Below, one piece after another: positions 36,616-49,554 of a stretch of 64,000 nucleotides of DNA. Made by a program: the position numbers and the translations under genes. The notes under the pieces were generated by a model. That model was not told the DNA's origin and ran no database searches. It saw only the letters and a list, made by a program, of their open reading frames with translations. Source of the DNA: Rhynchopus sp. YZ270_cl-10 (lineage: Eukaryota); the NCBI GenBank assembly GCA_964035575.1, contig OZ037833.1:620001-684000 (forward strand). Direction: 5' to 3'. Every line of letters begins with the position of its first letter. The first letter of the stretch is position 1.

Positions 36616-37909
36616 GGGAGAACCCCGTCCAAAAAAAACCCCCCCTGCTGTCAAACTTGGCAGCATGAGGCCAGGTGGAAATTCGCGGCACCTACCTTGT
36701 CCTTGCGCTGTGTGTTGGCAAAAAGGCAGACTGCTGAGGATACGTATCCGCTCGAGGCGGAGTCGTATCGAAATTTAGAGTATTTTCTTTATTTTGATAA
36801 ATTTGTTGGAGTAGTGTAGTTGCCTCGGGTTTTGTGTTGCCACAGTTTTGTGCAATCTCCACTGCATTTTTTTCATTGTAAACAGGGGGGCATTGTGTGC
36901 ACCCTCCTGGGTATTTTTTTTTAATAATTTTTTTTGTTGGCCCTGCGAAAGGTCGCGAACGCCTTTAAATTTTGTGTTTTGCAAACAAACGGCTTTTGTT
37001 TTTCTTTTTTTTTCTATAATTTTTATCTTTGATTTAGCAGAACAGTTGCATTTCCCCCTTAAAAAAAACACCTGCCTTCGAAGATGTTCGAGGAGACAAA
37101 ATTAAATGAATCTGAACGTTGGAAAAAAAATAACGTTTTTTGTTGGGTTTTAGACAGGAAAGTGTCCCGCCGGGGTGTACACCATGCAGTCCTACATCCA
37201 TTTCGTGGTTTACATCTGATAAAAGAAGGGAAAAAACGGATGTGCCTTCGTGCAGACAGATCCAGAGAAGACAAAGTCCGACAAAAAAGTGAATGTTGAT
37301 AGGATGAAAAAATAAAAGAAAATAGTGTCAAAACGCCTTTGGGACGCAGACACTGACCCTCCGTAGGGTTGTTGAACCCCCGAAGTGTAGCACTAAAAAG
37401 AAATCAGTAAAAGATGAAACAAAAGCATACTTCGTGGTCATCAAAAAAAAAAAAGAAAACCAATATTTTCTAGGAAATAATGAATGAACAAAACAAACCA
37501 AAAAAAATCTCAGACCAGGTCAGACCGGATAGTTTTCAAAAATATAAATCCCCCGAATGCTTCCTCTAACTCCGAAAGCAAACCAAAAAAAAACACCAAT
37601 GGCAAAAAAAACGGCAATGCATAGGCCAATGGAAGAAGGAAAGAAAATAAACCAAACCTTCTTCGCGTATACTATATTGATACGGAGGGGGTAGGGGTGG
37701 GGAGAGAAATACACGACGGTGAAGTAACGGGTGTTACATGTATTGTGGAACTCCGGAATAAAGTTGCCAATACCCAGAAAGAGTCCACCGTGTAGTGATG
37801 GGAGGGGTTGGAAAAAAAAAAAGAAAACAGGAGTACTGTATCTTCCGCAAATTATTTTGCAATGCAATGCGATGATAACACCAAACAACAAAATATTACG
37901 GGTGTCAAA

Positions 37910-38016
37910 TACTGTATTTCGTACAAATTATTCGACCGTAAAAAAGGTCGACCTTCCAGAAAAATACTGAAAAGGTCGATCATTAGTACGGTCGATAATT
38001 TTGTACGAATCCGATA
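37910..38016. mobile_element. Degenerate Tc1/mariner-like MITE; relative at ~56380-59488 is split by the CACGGG element
   Basis: Imperfect inverted ends TTCGTACAAATTATTCGACCG / CGGTCGATAATTTTGTACGAA with internal TCGACC repeats. Confidence 0.6.
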
Positions 38017-40139
38017 GCTATCGTCACCCTTAGTCACCTTGAAAAAAAATGTGATACTTTATATTCACGGTTTTAAACACATCAAATATTTTCACCTTCT
38101 TCCCCTCTTTCTAGAGGGGCCTGCTTGGGGAGGAGGTCAAGGTGATTTGGGTGTAAAATATACTTCTGCAGACAAGACTTTGAACGGGGGTGACCACTTC
38201 GTCTTGCCGCCTTTCTATTGGTTCTGTTTTGTTTTCTATATTTTTTTTCGTTCTTTTTTCTATCATCAATATGACAAAACGTTTCGCCACCTTTCAAAAA
38301 AAAAAAAAAAAAAATCGTGTGGTGCGCACGCCCATTTAAAGTTTTGAGAATAGAGGAAGCGATTTCCCCAATTCCTCCAGACAAAAGCCCTCTCGCCACA
38401 TTATACCTACCACGCATCAGAGCTGGGGTGGACCTTGCAAAGGAAAAATTTTGTTTGATAAATTGTTGGAGTAGTGTAGTTGCCTCGGCTGTGTTGCCAC
38501 AGTTGTGCAATCTCCACTGTCCTGTTTGATTATAGACTACTATCACTAGAACCTAGTAGTCTAGTAGATAGATTTTTTTCTTCACAGGATCCTTAACAGA
38601 GAGCAAATAGGAGGGATCCTATATGATTTTGCAGTAGGTGTCAGAACATCCTTTTTGCGAAGAGAAAAGTATATTGAGATGAACCTAAGCCCCTCTTGTG
38701 CTTAGTCACCTTGAAAAGCAAAACAAAACAAAGAGGACACAAATACGAACGGTATCAGTTTCCCCTGGGCACACAATGCACACTAACATGGTGTCCATAT
38801 ATCTTCGTATACTTAGGAACTCCAACACTTTGCTTGCAAACACACGGTTATCAAAGATTCGGAACTTTCAGTCAAAAAAACACCACAAAATGTGGTGCAG
38901 ACAGTAAAGGGGAGATATTAAATGAGTGCTGAGAAGTGTTTTCTGTTTCTAAAAAAAAAAATCGTTTGTTACGCAAAAAAAAATCACATTTTACAGGGGG
39001 GGGAAACCCCGGGAAACCCCTCGGTTTTTAATCCCCCCTGGTATGTGGAACAAAGAGAGAGGGAGAAGGAGGTTGGAGTTTTTTTGCCACCTAAAAAAGA
39101 TGGGGAAAAAATTGATCGAAAAGCGAAAATAAAGCAATACTGTCCTTCATCATGGGCAAGCATGTCATCGTGAAAGATGCTGCCAAGCCCAGAAAAACAA
39201 AATAACGGACAATGGTCAAGGGGTATAGAGCGGTTAAGCACACATGGCGCACAACGGAAAACACAACCTGCCGAAGGTGTGGCAGTTGTCTTTTTGTTTG
39301 TTTTTTGTTTTTGTGCACTCAAAACACATCAGAGTCAAAAAAAAAAGTGCTGACATGGTAAAAGTAAAAACAGAAAAAATCCAAAACAAAAACACATCCG
39401 ACTGACCCACGCTGCCAGTCACTCGGATGAAAGCACAAAAGTACCCTGCGGCCAACAGAAGGTGTAAAAAGGAGACCTATTGGCTTACCCGCACAATGTG
39501 ATCGGGGGCGGTACACAACCGCTCGTCAGCCGGCGGCCCACCTTCTGCTGAAGAGCTGTGAGCTTACAGGTACTTCCGTTCGCTCCCAAAAAAAATCCTT
39601 TTTTGCAAGAAGGTGGCTCTAGAGCACACATCAAAAAATAAGAGAAGAAGATCGTGTGACCCCCGAAGCCCCTTACTGCTTCGCTCACCTATGAACGCAA
39701 CGCAAAGCAAAGTTGACAGTGCAAACGCCTCTGGGATGCAGGGCACTACAACCCACCAATATCTCCACAAAAAAAACGCACTAAGCATGCAGAAAGTCAT
39801 TCCCCCCCTCCCTCCCTCCCTACCCTCTGATAAACCAAAACAAAACAAAACCTTTGTTCGCACTAGAAGAGAAAATAGCTGGAAAAAAAAAGCAAGAAAA
39901 ATTTTCAGAAATGACCCCAAAAATATCTCGGTGCTTTTGTCCACCTAACGCAATGCACGCACCCGACTGACCCACATACAATGCCAGCCATTCGGATGAA
40001 GGCGGGATTGCGCCAAAAAAAAAAAAAGGATCGGGTCTTTTGTTTGTGAAAAAATCCGCTCAAAAAATCTGACAAAGCCAGCACACCATTTCTTGGCAAA
40101 AGAATGACAAAACCGAAACCTCAACAAAATAATGGTTTC

Positions 40140-43100
40140 TCACAGCAACACCGTATCCGGCAGCAAACGCACCTGAAGCGATGCGTTGTGCTTCGGCGAG
40201 TCATCCACCAGCGCAGCGAGGAGAGATGGGGAGCGGAGCTCGAGAGCTGGCGGGAGGGTCAGGCTGTGCCGTTGCTGTGCGACGGGAGCAGGCGGTGAGA
40301 CGACACCTGCTAAGGCTGCCCCAGCACCACCTGCACGCATAATACCACCACCACCACCAGCTGCTGCAGGGGGAAGCGCAACGCCAAGCGTCGGCGAAAG
40401 AAGTGCCGACAGCACTCCAGAGCCTCCTGTGGCGGAGACAGCGTCGACACCAGACCCAAAGGTAGAGAAGCACGAATCGAGCGGCGTCAGCACCACACTG
40501 CGTACAACACTGCGCACCAACGTCGCGCTGCGTTCTGCAGTGGTGTCGTCATCATCATCATCCGAGCTCTCATCCTCCTCCTCCTCCTCCCGCTCCTCCT
40601 CCACCACCGCCACCATCTCCGCCCCTGCGGGGGAGTCATTGCTGATGTTGTTGAAGTTGGTGTTGCCGCTGTTGCTGTTCGCGCCGCTTGGTGTACGAAA
40701 CAACGCCCTCATTTCTTCCACTTCTCGAACCCTCTTTGGTGTCACAGCAACCCCACTGCTTCCCATCGTATCACGCGAAGGCGAGGCCCGGTAGTACGGT
40801 GTTGTAAGCACAGTGTCGTCATCGCGGTCTGACGCAGACGTTGCCAGCTCCGCTTCCCACACCTCCAGACCCCTCTGCCGCGCGCAGTGAAATGCGGTCT
40901 TCCTCCTCTCGATGAAAATATCCAAAACGTACAGCACAATGTCATATATCCCTTTAAAGAACACCGCCACTGCGGACACCACCAACAGCACCCCCGCCAT
41001 ATTCATCAATACACTGGACAAACCCTCCGGAGACCCTTTCATCATCAACACCACAGTCATAAACACAACCGCTAACAACGTAGACCCTGACGCTATCAAC
41101 GTCGTAAGATGATCCAATCGTGCATTATACGGACGCCAACAAAGAAGAAGAAGAAAGTACACTGCAAGGGTTGCAACCACAGCAAGATTCCTTAAGGTGC
41201 ACGTGGTCGTCGTATGAGGCTTGAGAACTGAGATGAGGGCCACAACAATGATGCTTGCCATCTCCACCAACGCAAAACAGTGCATCCCTGGGCGGTACTG
41301 TTCAAAGAGCACACCGTACTGCTCCACAAAGACTCCGGTTGGTTCATCGTCGGTTCGCACCCACACTAAGGTACCATAGGCAAAGATGTAGAGACGGCGT
41401 TTGACGCCGTAGAGGAGCTGTCCAGACATCCCCAACTGCTCGGCGGCAGACCTGCTGAGGAAAGGGTCCTGCACGCAGAGTGCGTGGAAGCGGGAGCGGC
41501 GCAGAATAGAGTACCACAGCGCGAAAGGGGTGGCGACACACAAAGCCAGCGACACAGCGCCAAACACGGCAACAGGCAGCGGGGCATCAGAAGGGGTAAA
41601 TGCAAGGTTCGCTGCAGCCAAAGTGGTGCCTGAATTAAAATCGAAAAAATATTAGATTCATATACAGAATTGAAAGCATTTTGAGAGGAAAATAGTGACT
41701 CTGATAGGTAAATGGTGTGGCTGAGAGGGGGTGCTATTTTTTGTGCTATTTTTGTGCTATTTTGGGGTCGTCAGCCACACCAGTAAAAGTAAAAAAGGTC
41801 TTCGTTGAATTGCTCCAATTACTTACAGGGGGTGATTGGCGGCCGTATCGGAGCAACTATTTCTCCTGATACACTGAAAAAAAAGGAAAAAACATTGCAT
41901 ACCAGTCATGAGCCACAACGCAGCAATATAAGTCAGACCAGGAAACCTTGTGTATAACAAAGCGTTTTCGAGGGTAAGATTGAAGTACGACTTCAGCTTA
42001 ATGGCAATGACGTAGTTCGCGAAGAAGAACCCGACGATGATGAGGATGTTGAAGACAATCGCACCCATGAAGTAACGATGTGCATGCGCACCGAAGGGAA
42101 CCCGGGTGGGGCTGAACTCCCAATCAAGGGGCTTAGACTTCGTGAGGTCGATGTCCTCAACCTCGCATTTGAGAGCCAGGATGGCGGCTAGCCTGCCACC
42201 TACGGGAGACGCAGCGGACGCTGTCCCCACAGCACTGTGCGCAGAGGACTCCACCCCAGGGGGAAGCACGCTGCCTGGTGCTGCGGTGTGCGCCACCTCC
42301 ACCTCCGCCTCCGTCTCGTTGAGCTCCGGCACCACTGTCAACGGCACCACAGTATCCGGCACAGCAGACTCAGGCACATCTGTCAAGAGTGGGATGATCA
42401 GGAGCGGTGCCGCAGTGGGTGTGGTATTCGGTGCATTGGGTGTGTCAGTACCCGGCACATCAGATGCCGGTACGTCGGTTGCTTCTGGAAGTGGTGGCAT
42501 GCCTGTTGGCATAACATCCGGTGGCGCGAGGGTGTCAGGTTGTGCAGTAGTTGGCGGTTCTGTCTCTGGTGCGGTTGTGTCTGGAGGGGGTGATACCGCT
42601 TGCGTTGGGGTGGTGGTGCGACCTTTGACCACCACCGTGGGAGACACGGTAGGGGGTGCATCGGTCTGTGGTACTGTCGTTGCTGGTGCATCCGTCTGTG
42701 GTGGTTTGGTCTCTGGAGCGTTCGTCGGTGTGACTGCCGGAGCGACGCTGTTCAGCGTTTCTACCATAAGCCCCTGCGAGCATGCCACATATGCGTGGTC
42801 CTCCACAATCAGAATGCCCGCAAGCGCTGACTGCGAATCCGGCGAAAATGTGTCCAAATAGACAGCCGTGTACGGTGCTGACACATCATAGATCTCGATC
42901 GACACACCACGCAACCCATACACACGCTGCCGGGGTGCGTCATACACAAGACTACGGAGGGACTTCACAATAGAAACACTCACGACCTTGCCAAACGAAA
43001 GCACGCTGTTTTCGTACGTCGGCAACGACGTCACCGTGAGTGTCATACCCGACGTGAAGAAGATCTGGTCCGTCCCAACAGCACCGCTTGTACAGGCGAA

Positions 43101-43760
43101 GCCGAACTCACCAACCTGGGTCCAGACCCTCGAGTTGTCCCCAGCGAGGTACGCCACTGTCTTGCGCGTCTCCGAGCAGAGCAGCGCGAAGGTGTACACC
43201 TTTGAGACATCCTGCGTCATGAAGACGTATGTGAAGCCGTCTGTCGGGTCGTTCCCTGCTACACCCTCCTGGAAGACGTTCCCTATCTCAGTCACTATAG
43301 ACATGAGACGCTTATTGGTACCAGTCAGAAAGACACGCGACGTAGTAGTAGACCCACTGTCGACAACGCTCTCCATCACCGCAGAGGTAGTGACAACAGA
43401 CACCTCCTCAAGCGAGGGGTACATCTGATAGACAACCTGCGATGTCCCGCATGCAAGCGTCACGTGGCGGCCGTCAGAATTCAGTGCTATCGCAGTGCAG
43501 GTATACCCCAACGCCAGCTCCTGTGTGCATATCACAGTATCCACACCATTGATCACCCACCGCCCGATGTACGAATCGCTACCACTCTGCTGCAAAGCAA
43601 ACAGATACGGTCCAATCGACGTTTTGACCACCCCTAAGACCGGCTGCGCCCCTTTCGTGGTGGGCTGCAGCAGATTGTGGGTAATGTACTGAGCCTCATT
43701 GCACGGGGCAAACGAAAGCAGGAGGAGCAGGAGAAGGAGCAGGCAGCATCGGCACGCCAT
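40140..43760 (-). CDS. Large surface/membrane protein (1115 aa): signal peptide, beta-rich ectodomain, Pro/Thr stalk, multi-TM region, disordered tail; exons 43760-41903 and 41629-40140
   Basis: Two long ORFs joined in frame (MTG-TTLAAANL) by GT-AG intron 41902-41630; poly-Leu signal peptide; TDAP/TVP repeats; at least 7 hydrophobic segments. Confidence 0.88.
41713..41782. mobile_element. Small TG..CA MITE in intron; longer inverted relative at 62241-62374
   Basis: TIR TGGTGTGGCTGA / TCAGCCACACCA; GTAAA on both sides here; internal TGCTATTTT repeats. Confidence 0.7.
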
Positions 43761-45102
43761 CCTCCGTTATGCTGAGTGAGGCGAAAAAAAAAAATCCAAG
43801 GAGAGAGAATAGCAGTGGACTTCGAAAAAAAATCAGTTTCCTTTGGGTTATTCCTTGAGTAGAATGTGGCCCAGAGGGGGAGAGCGAGAAAGAGAGAGAA
43901 AGGAGCACACCACCCCTGCCCAGCGTATACAACACTCTTAGCGTATCATCACGGTAAGGTGGGAGGGGGGAGGAAGTGTAGTTAGTTCCTCTGTGGGATG
44001 GTGTGTGTGTGTGGCGGGAGGATGAAAGGGTCTTAAGCGGAGATACTCAATGAGGAAATCATTGAGATGCAAATGAGGAAGCAAAATGAGGAAGCGGTGT
44101 CGTTTGTTGTATGGGGACGACGGGCCAAGGATTTATTACAAAAAAAAAAATAAAATGGTGTGAATGACCAAACCGTCTTCTCCGTGGTTCTTCCCGAAGG
44201 TGCTTCGCAAATCTTAATATAGCCCACAGCAGTTCTCCGTGGTTCTCCTGTGGGTTGTCGGTACCCCCCTGAATCACATCATCGTTTCAAAAAATATCGC
44301 ACCAAAAAATAAATGCTTTTTTTTTCCGAATCGATAAATCGCTATCACAATGACATAAACAAGGCTTAAATGTTGCGAAGGCGAGAATGCTTTCTGTTAA
44401 TCATCCACACCTCGCCACGATAGAGTAACAGCGTGGCTTGTCAAAAAAAAAAGCTATTTGCTATCCTAAGAAACGATGGCATACGTTCGCGACTACCTCA
44501 GTCCCCCCCCCTTACCAGCAGGCAAGCATACAACGAGGTGCTCACACCTTTGTATAGAAAACCTGCTACACAGACGATGATAAAACGTTAGCATATGTGG
44601 GGGGGAGGGGGTTATTTGAAGAAAAAAATATTTGACGCAGAACTTTAATTTCTGGTATTTTTCCAGGCAAAAATGTCACCAAAAAAAAAACGCTGGAAAA
44701 AAAAAAGGTAAAAATAGAAAACTTAACACTCATCACACGATAAACCCCATGGGAGAGGAGGTTGTGGTGAAACACACACCTCGACCTATTTGGGTGAGGA
44801 GGTGGCTCTGCAGCGCGGTTCGTCTAGAACCGCAAAAAAGTGTGTTCAAAAATGCTTTGTTTCTATTTCCTCCTTCATGAGGTGACAAAAGAAAAGTAGT
44901 GTCAGACCTTGCCTCCTACCACATAGATGATGATAAAACGTTAGCAGTGTGGGGAAGGGGAGGGAACGGAACAGCTCTAAGAAAAGATTTAAAAAAAAAA
45001 CTAGAAAGAACGAATAGGGCCTCTCGCGGACCCTCCGACTTCAACGAATTTTGTTGCCAATAAATAGAAAACGACCTTCAGGATATGACAGTTAAATGAA
45101 AT

Positions 45103-47580
45103 GGGAGCGTCCGCGAAAGACCCCCCCCCTAAAGCTAACATCCGTGCTTATTGGTATTTCACTAATTAAAATTTTGGTATTTTATAAGATTTTTTTTTAA
45201 AATGAACTCAGAGTTAAGTTTCTGAGTTCATTAAAAAAAAAATCGGTGAAAAATTCCGAGTAGGTATTAATTTAGATAGGAAAAGCTATGTCAACAGCTA
45301 TGTGTCCCCTTATTTTACCTGTAAATACTAAGGATATACAAGGAAATCCTCACAAACACCCATATAACCACCCACAGAACAACACAACAGGGGGAAATGG
45401 AATCAGCAGCCAAAGCATTCGCTCAGGAGCTGAAAACCCGGCCTTTCCGAGGCCTAAAAAACTTCGCCGAGCTGCAGGTGTATGCAGGGGTTCACTGGCA
45501 GGGGGACAAAGGGTGGGACGCGAGGAGCTGGATGCGCGAGGTGTGGAGCTCGAAGCATATGTCTCTCCATATGCAGAAGACAACCACCAGGAGAAAAGGG
45601 GTGTCCGCCGTTTACTACTCCTGTAGTTGCATCACCGGCACCCCAGGAGGACAATGAGAGCGAGACGAAGGAGGAAGAGGAGGAACAGGCGGACAATTGT
45701 CTGTAACTCTTGGAGAGACTCATCACAGAGGTCAATAGGGTCACTCAAAAAAGGGGGGTTTCTGCGAGAAAGTCGGCGTCGCCGCAGACGACCCGGATCG
45801 TGAAGCTCTTTCGCGCTCTATTTAGAGTGTTCGGAGGGGGCGACAAGCCTCCACCCCCCTTTCCTCCCCCCCCCCCCCCTAGGGGGGGTCACAAGGGGAG
45901 GACAATGCACTTTTTCAGGATTTTTGAATTCTACGCGCAGCGCAGTGTCCGACCCCACAAGTCACTACCCAAGACCCCCCAGAAAACGTCCTGGAGGCCC
46001 AAAAATACCAAAAATAGTGACCAGAAGTGACCAGAAAATCAAAATTCCGAAAAAAAAAGGGGTCGTGGGACAGGGTCTGTACCTTGCTTATTCCTATTTT
46101 TTAGCACATAAACGAGATATGGCCATGGCAACAGTACATGACTCATATTTTAGGAAGTAAAGGATACATCTTGACTAATATCATTTAATTGCGTTTGAAT
46201 ACAGTCAAAACAAGACAAGACGGTCACCTGGCATCTGTATTTTGTGGGTCGTAGTGACCAATGTATACACGTGCTTAGGTACCCACACCATTAATAGGCC
46301 AGGGAGTGATCGATTTAGGGAGGAAAATTAGTCAGGTGTAAATTATCGAGCAGATCTGCCGTCACTGCCTCACCCGGTCCCTCAGGGTACCTTCCCTTGA
46401 AAAAAAAACACCTCGCATGACTTTCCAGATATTGCAATGCCCAATTCCTCCCCTTGGTTTTGCAGTTCAGTCTGCAATAGCCCTGTACTAGACACGTAAA
46501 TGGATATCCAGTCATAGACTCGACTAAAGCACCGACCCGCATCTGTCTCGTCTTCTTTATCTTCTTCAGACCCCACACTCAGATTATTGTGGGAGGAAAG
46601 AGACATCCCTTGTGAAGACAGACAGGCACGCCACAAAATATAGCGGCAAGAGCGGGGCGTCCTCAAAGCTCACAAGGGCAAGGAACGCCGTATTGGGAAC
46701 TTAGGCACACTGCTCCAATGTGGCAAGGCCAGACTGCTTGACGACAAGCAATACGCAATGACCCGCGAGGAGGACGCGTGGGAGGCCCAATGCCACACAC
46801 GTCACTTTCCTCCCCTTTTCGCGTGTTTTCTTATACCCAATCTCCCCAGGGCTTGCAGAATCGCCTCTGAGGACACCTTCAGCAGGCCCACTCCACAGTG
46901 GATACGGCGCTTTGCCTTTACTGCCATTCCACTGCGTCTACACAAGGGTTTTAGAGCGGACTTGGCGTAGAACTGCCAATCCAGTGCCCCCGGCACTTTT
47001 CCCGCCCTCTCAATGCGTCCCAACGGTGTTTTTAATGGGTTTTGATTGCACCCCGATTTGAAAGGTGCCAAAGTACAAACCCTGTCCCAGGCCGTTTTTT
47101 TTTTTTTGAAAAATTCGAATTAGACCCCCACAAGTGCTCAGAAGTGTCCAAAACCAGGCGGAATTGAATTGTAGGTCACCTGGGGACCATATTTTCTGGT
47201 TTTTCAGGGTGATGTCTATTTTTTTCTCAAAAAAAAATTTTTTTGGTCGGTGTCCTCACTTTTAACATGGGATGTGACCCCCCCTACCCCCCCCCCCCCC
47301 CTTTTTGGTAATGGGTTGAGAGACAGATATTAGTGAATTCCTTCCTATATCCTTAGTATTTACAGGTAAAATATGGGGACACACAGCTGTTGACATAGCT
47401 TTTCCTATCTAAATTAATACCTACTCGGAATTTTTCACCGATTTTTTTTTTAATGAACTCAGAAACTTAACTCTGAGTTCATTTTAAAAAAAAATCTTAT
47501 AAAATACCAAAATGTTAATTAGTGAAATACCAATAAGCATGGATGTTAGCTTTAGGGGGGGGTCTTTCGCGGACGCTGCC
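45103..47580. mobile_element. Sola-like non-autonomous DNA transposon with ~245-bp TIRs
   Basis: TIRs GGGAGCGTCCGCGAAAGACC / GGTCTTTCGCGGACGCTGCC; 4-bp TSD AAAT (AWWT type); uninterrupted host motif at ~29166-29226; internal ORF remnant 45397-45657. Confidence 0.8.
45882..47284. mobile_element. Nested TIR element with TA duplication in a poly-C tract
   Basis: TIR GGGGGGGTCACA / TGTGACCCCCCC; TA at 45880-45881 and 47285-47286, C runs on both outer sides. Confidence 0.75.
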
Positions 47581-49554
47581 AAATAAAGAAAACACTTTTT
47601 CGTTTATCGACAATGGGAAAATAGATATTTCCCCGCCCAAGAGAACTTCCCATTGGTTTTTTACACCGCGCTGTGCCACCCTTTTTTTAGCTAGAAAAAA
47701 ATGATTACAAACGTACAGAATTTAGTAATGTTTCGGTAAACCCAAGGTAGGTAATACAAATGCAGCAACTTCAGATGACTGGAAAGTGCGTGGACAGAAC
47801 AGAGGGGATTTGGCGTCGTTTGAGGTACAAAGGAACAATGTGAACAATGTGAACCAAAAAAAATGGTAGTTGGCAAAGACACCTTACCACTGACCCACGA
47901 TGCTAGCCCCCGGATGAAACGCACCAAATGGTGTTCCGGAGGGGGCCTATATTGATGATCATGTCCTTGACAGTGTTCTCCGGAACACCAACTATAAAAA
48001 TAAAAAATGAACAAAAAAAAAAATTAGAAAGATGATGACAAAGAGACACACGACACGAAGACAAACCAAAAACGGGAAAAAAAAAATGTTTCCACACAAT
48101 GTACGCAACCCTTGACAATCCCAAAAACCCACACAAGGGAACGTAGTACAGCACAGTTGCAGGTTTGTTGAAAACTTGATTTTAGTGTAGACACCAGAGG
48201 ATGAGCTCCACTATGACAAACGCTCCTAAGTGGCTGCTGATGAACACGATAACTTTTTATTTTTTTGGTTATGTGTTTCATCGCGGTACACTTTGTGACA
48301 GTTCTACTTCCGTTTGGTTTGGCAAGAACTTTATAATGTAAGATAAGAAGAGACTAATTTGAAAGTGCAAACAAAAAAATGACAATAAAACAAAAATGGG
48401 GTGGGCGTAATTGATGGACTTCTAAAGTAAGCGGTGGGGTGCAAAATGCCAGCAAGCACTGTAGCAAACAACAACAAAAAAAAAGTGAAATTGACAGTGC
48501 AAACACCTCTGGCACTGATACCCTGCAGGTTATTGATCTCCTGAGTTTTGCACTTGGGAGTTGCTGACAGGGAAACTGTAAGCAGGCACACAGTCATTCC
48601 CCCACCCTGATTGGGAAGGGGTGATTACAAAAAAAAATTTTTTTAGATGAACGCCTTTCGGTGCATAGCCACCTTGATCACAATCATTCGCACAGCATCA
48701 GCTGCACGGGATTCCACAAGAGCGTTGGGAGATGATGTCATTTCCCCAAGCCTGAGTTCGTAGAATGGGATATTTTATCCCACTCTACCCAAAAAAAAGA
48801 GAAGTTGAAAGCGCAAACGCCCCATTCACGCAGGCACTGGTTCTCCGCGGGTTACTTAACCCGCAGAGAGCACTTCATTGGCATACACGGTTACCACGAA
48901 GTTGTATGCAGGCACTGTGCCACCTCCAAGCTAGACTGGAGAACAATACAAAAAAAAATTGAAGTTATTGATGCAGGCACACCTCCGACCGACTCACTTT
49001 ACGATGCTAGCTAGCCCCCGGATGAAAGCACAACGTACCCTTTAGAATAGACAACACTCCCTCCCACTTTCCTACCCTTTTTACCTTTGATAACAAAATC
49101 AACGAATGCCTAAAACAATCCAATGCAATGACCAACACTACACCATCCTCCTCACATCCTCCTGACCCCACGATACAAACAAAAAAAAAAACAACGAAAA
49201 TCTTACAAATGATGAACCACCTCTGCTTCACCACACAACCCACAAAACACTGTTATATAGCCGACAGTCCCTCACACACACACACACACACAAGTGGGCC
49301 ATACTCCGTTCAGGCGTTACCCACTCTAAACCCGTTATCAAAACACACACACACACACATCTTGGGGCCATATTCCACGCAAGAATCCCCCTCCTATTAG
49401 TCATCAAACCTGACACAAAAACCTCTCCCCCCCCCACATCCCCTCCCCTGGCCCTGATAATTTGCCCCCTCATAATCTATAATACACATCACAATACAGC
49501 TGTATTATGGCACAACTATCACAATACCATCACTCCCCTCTCCTCTCTCCCCCC

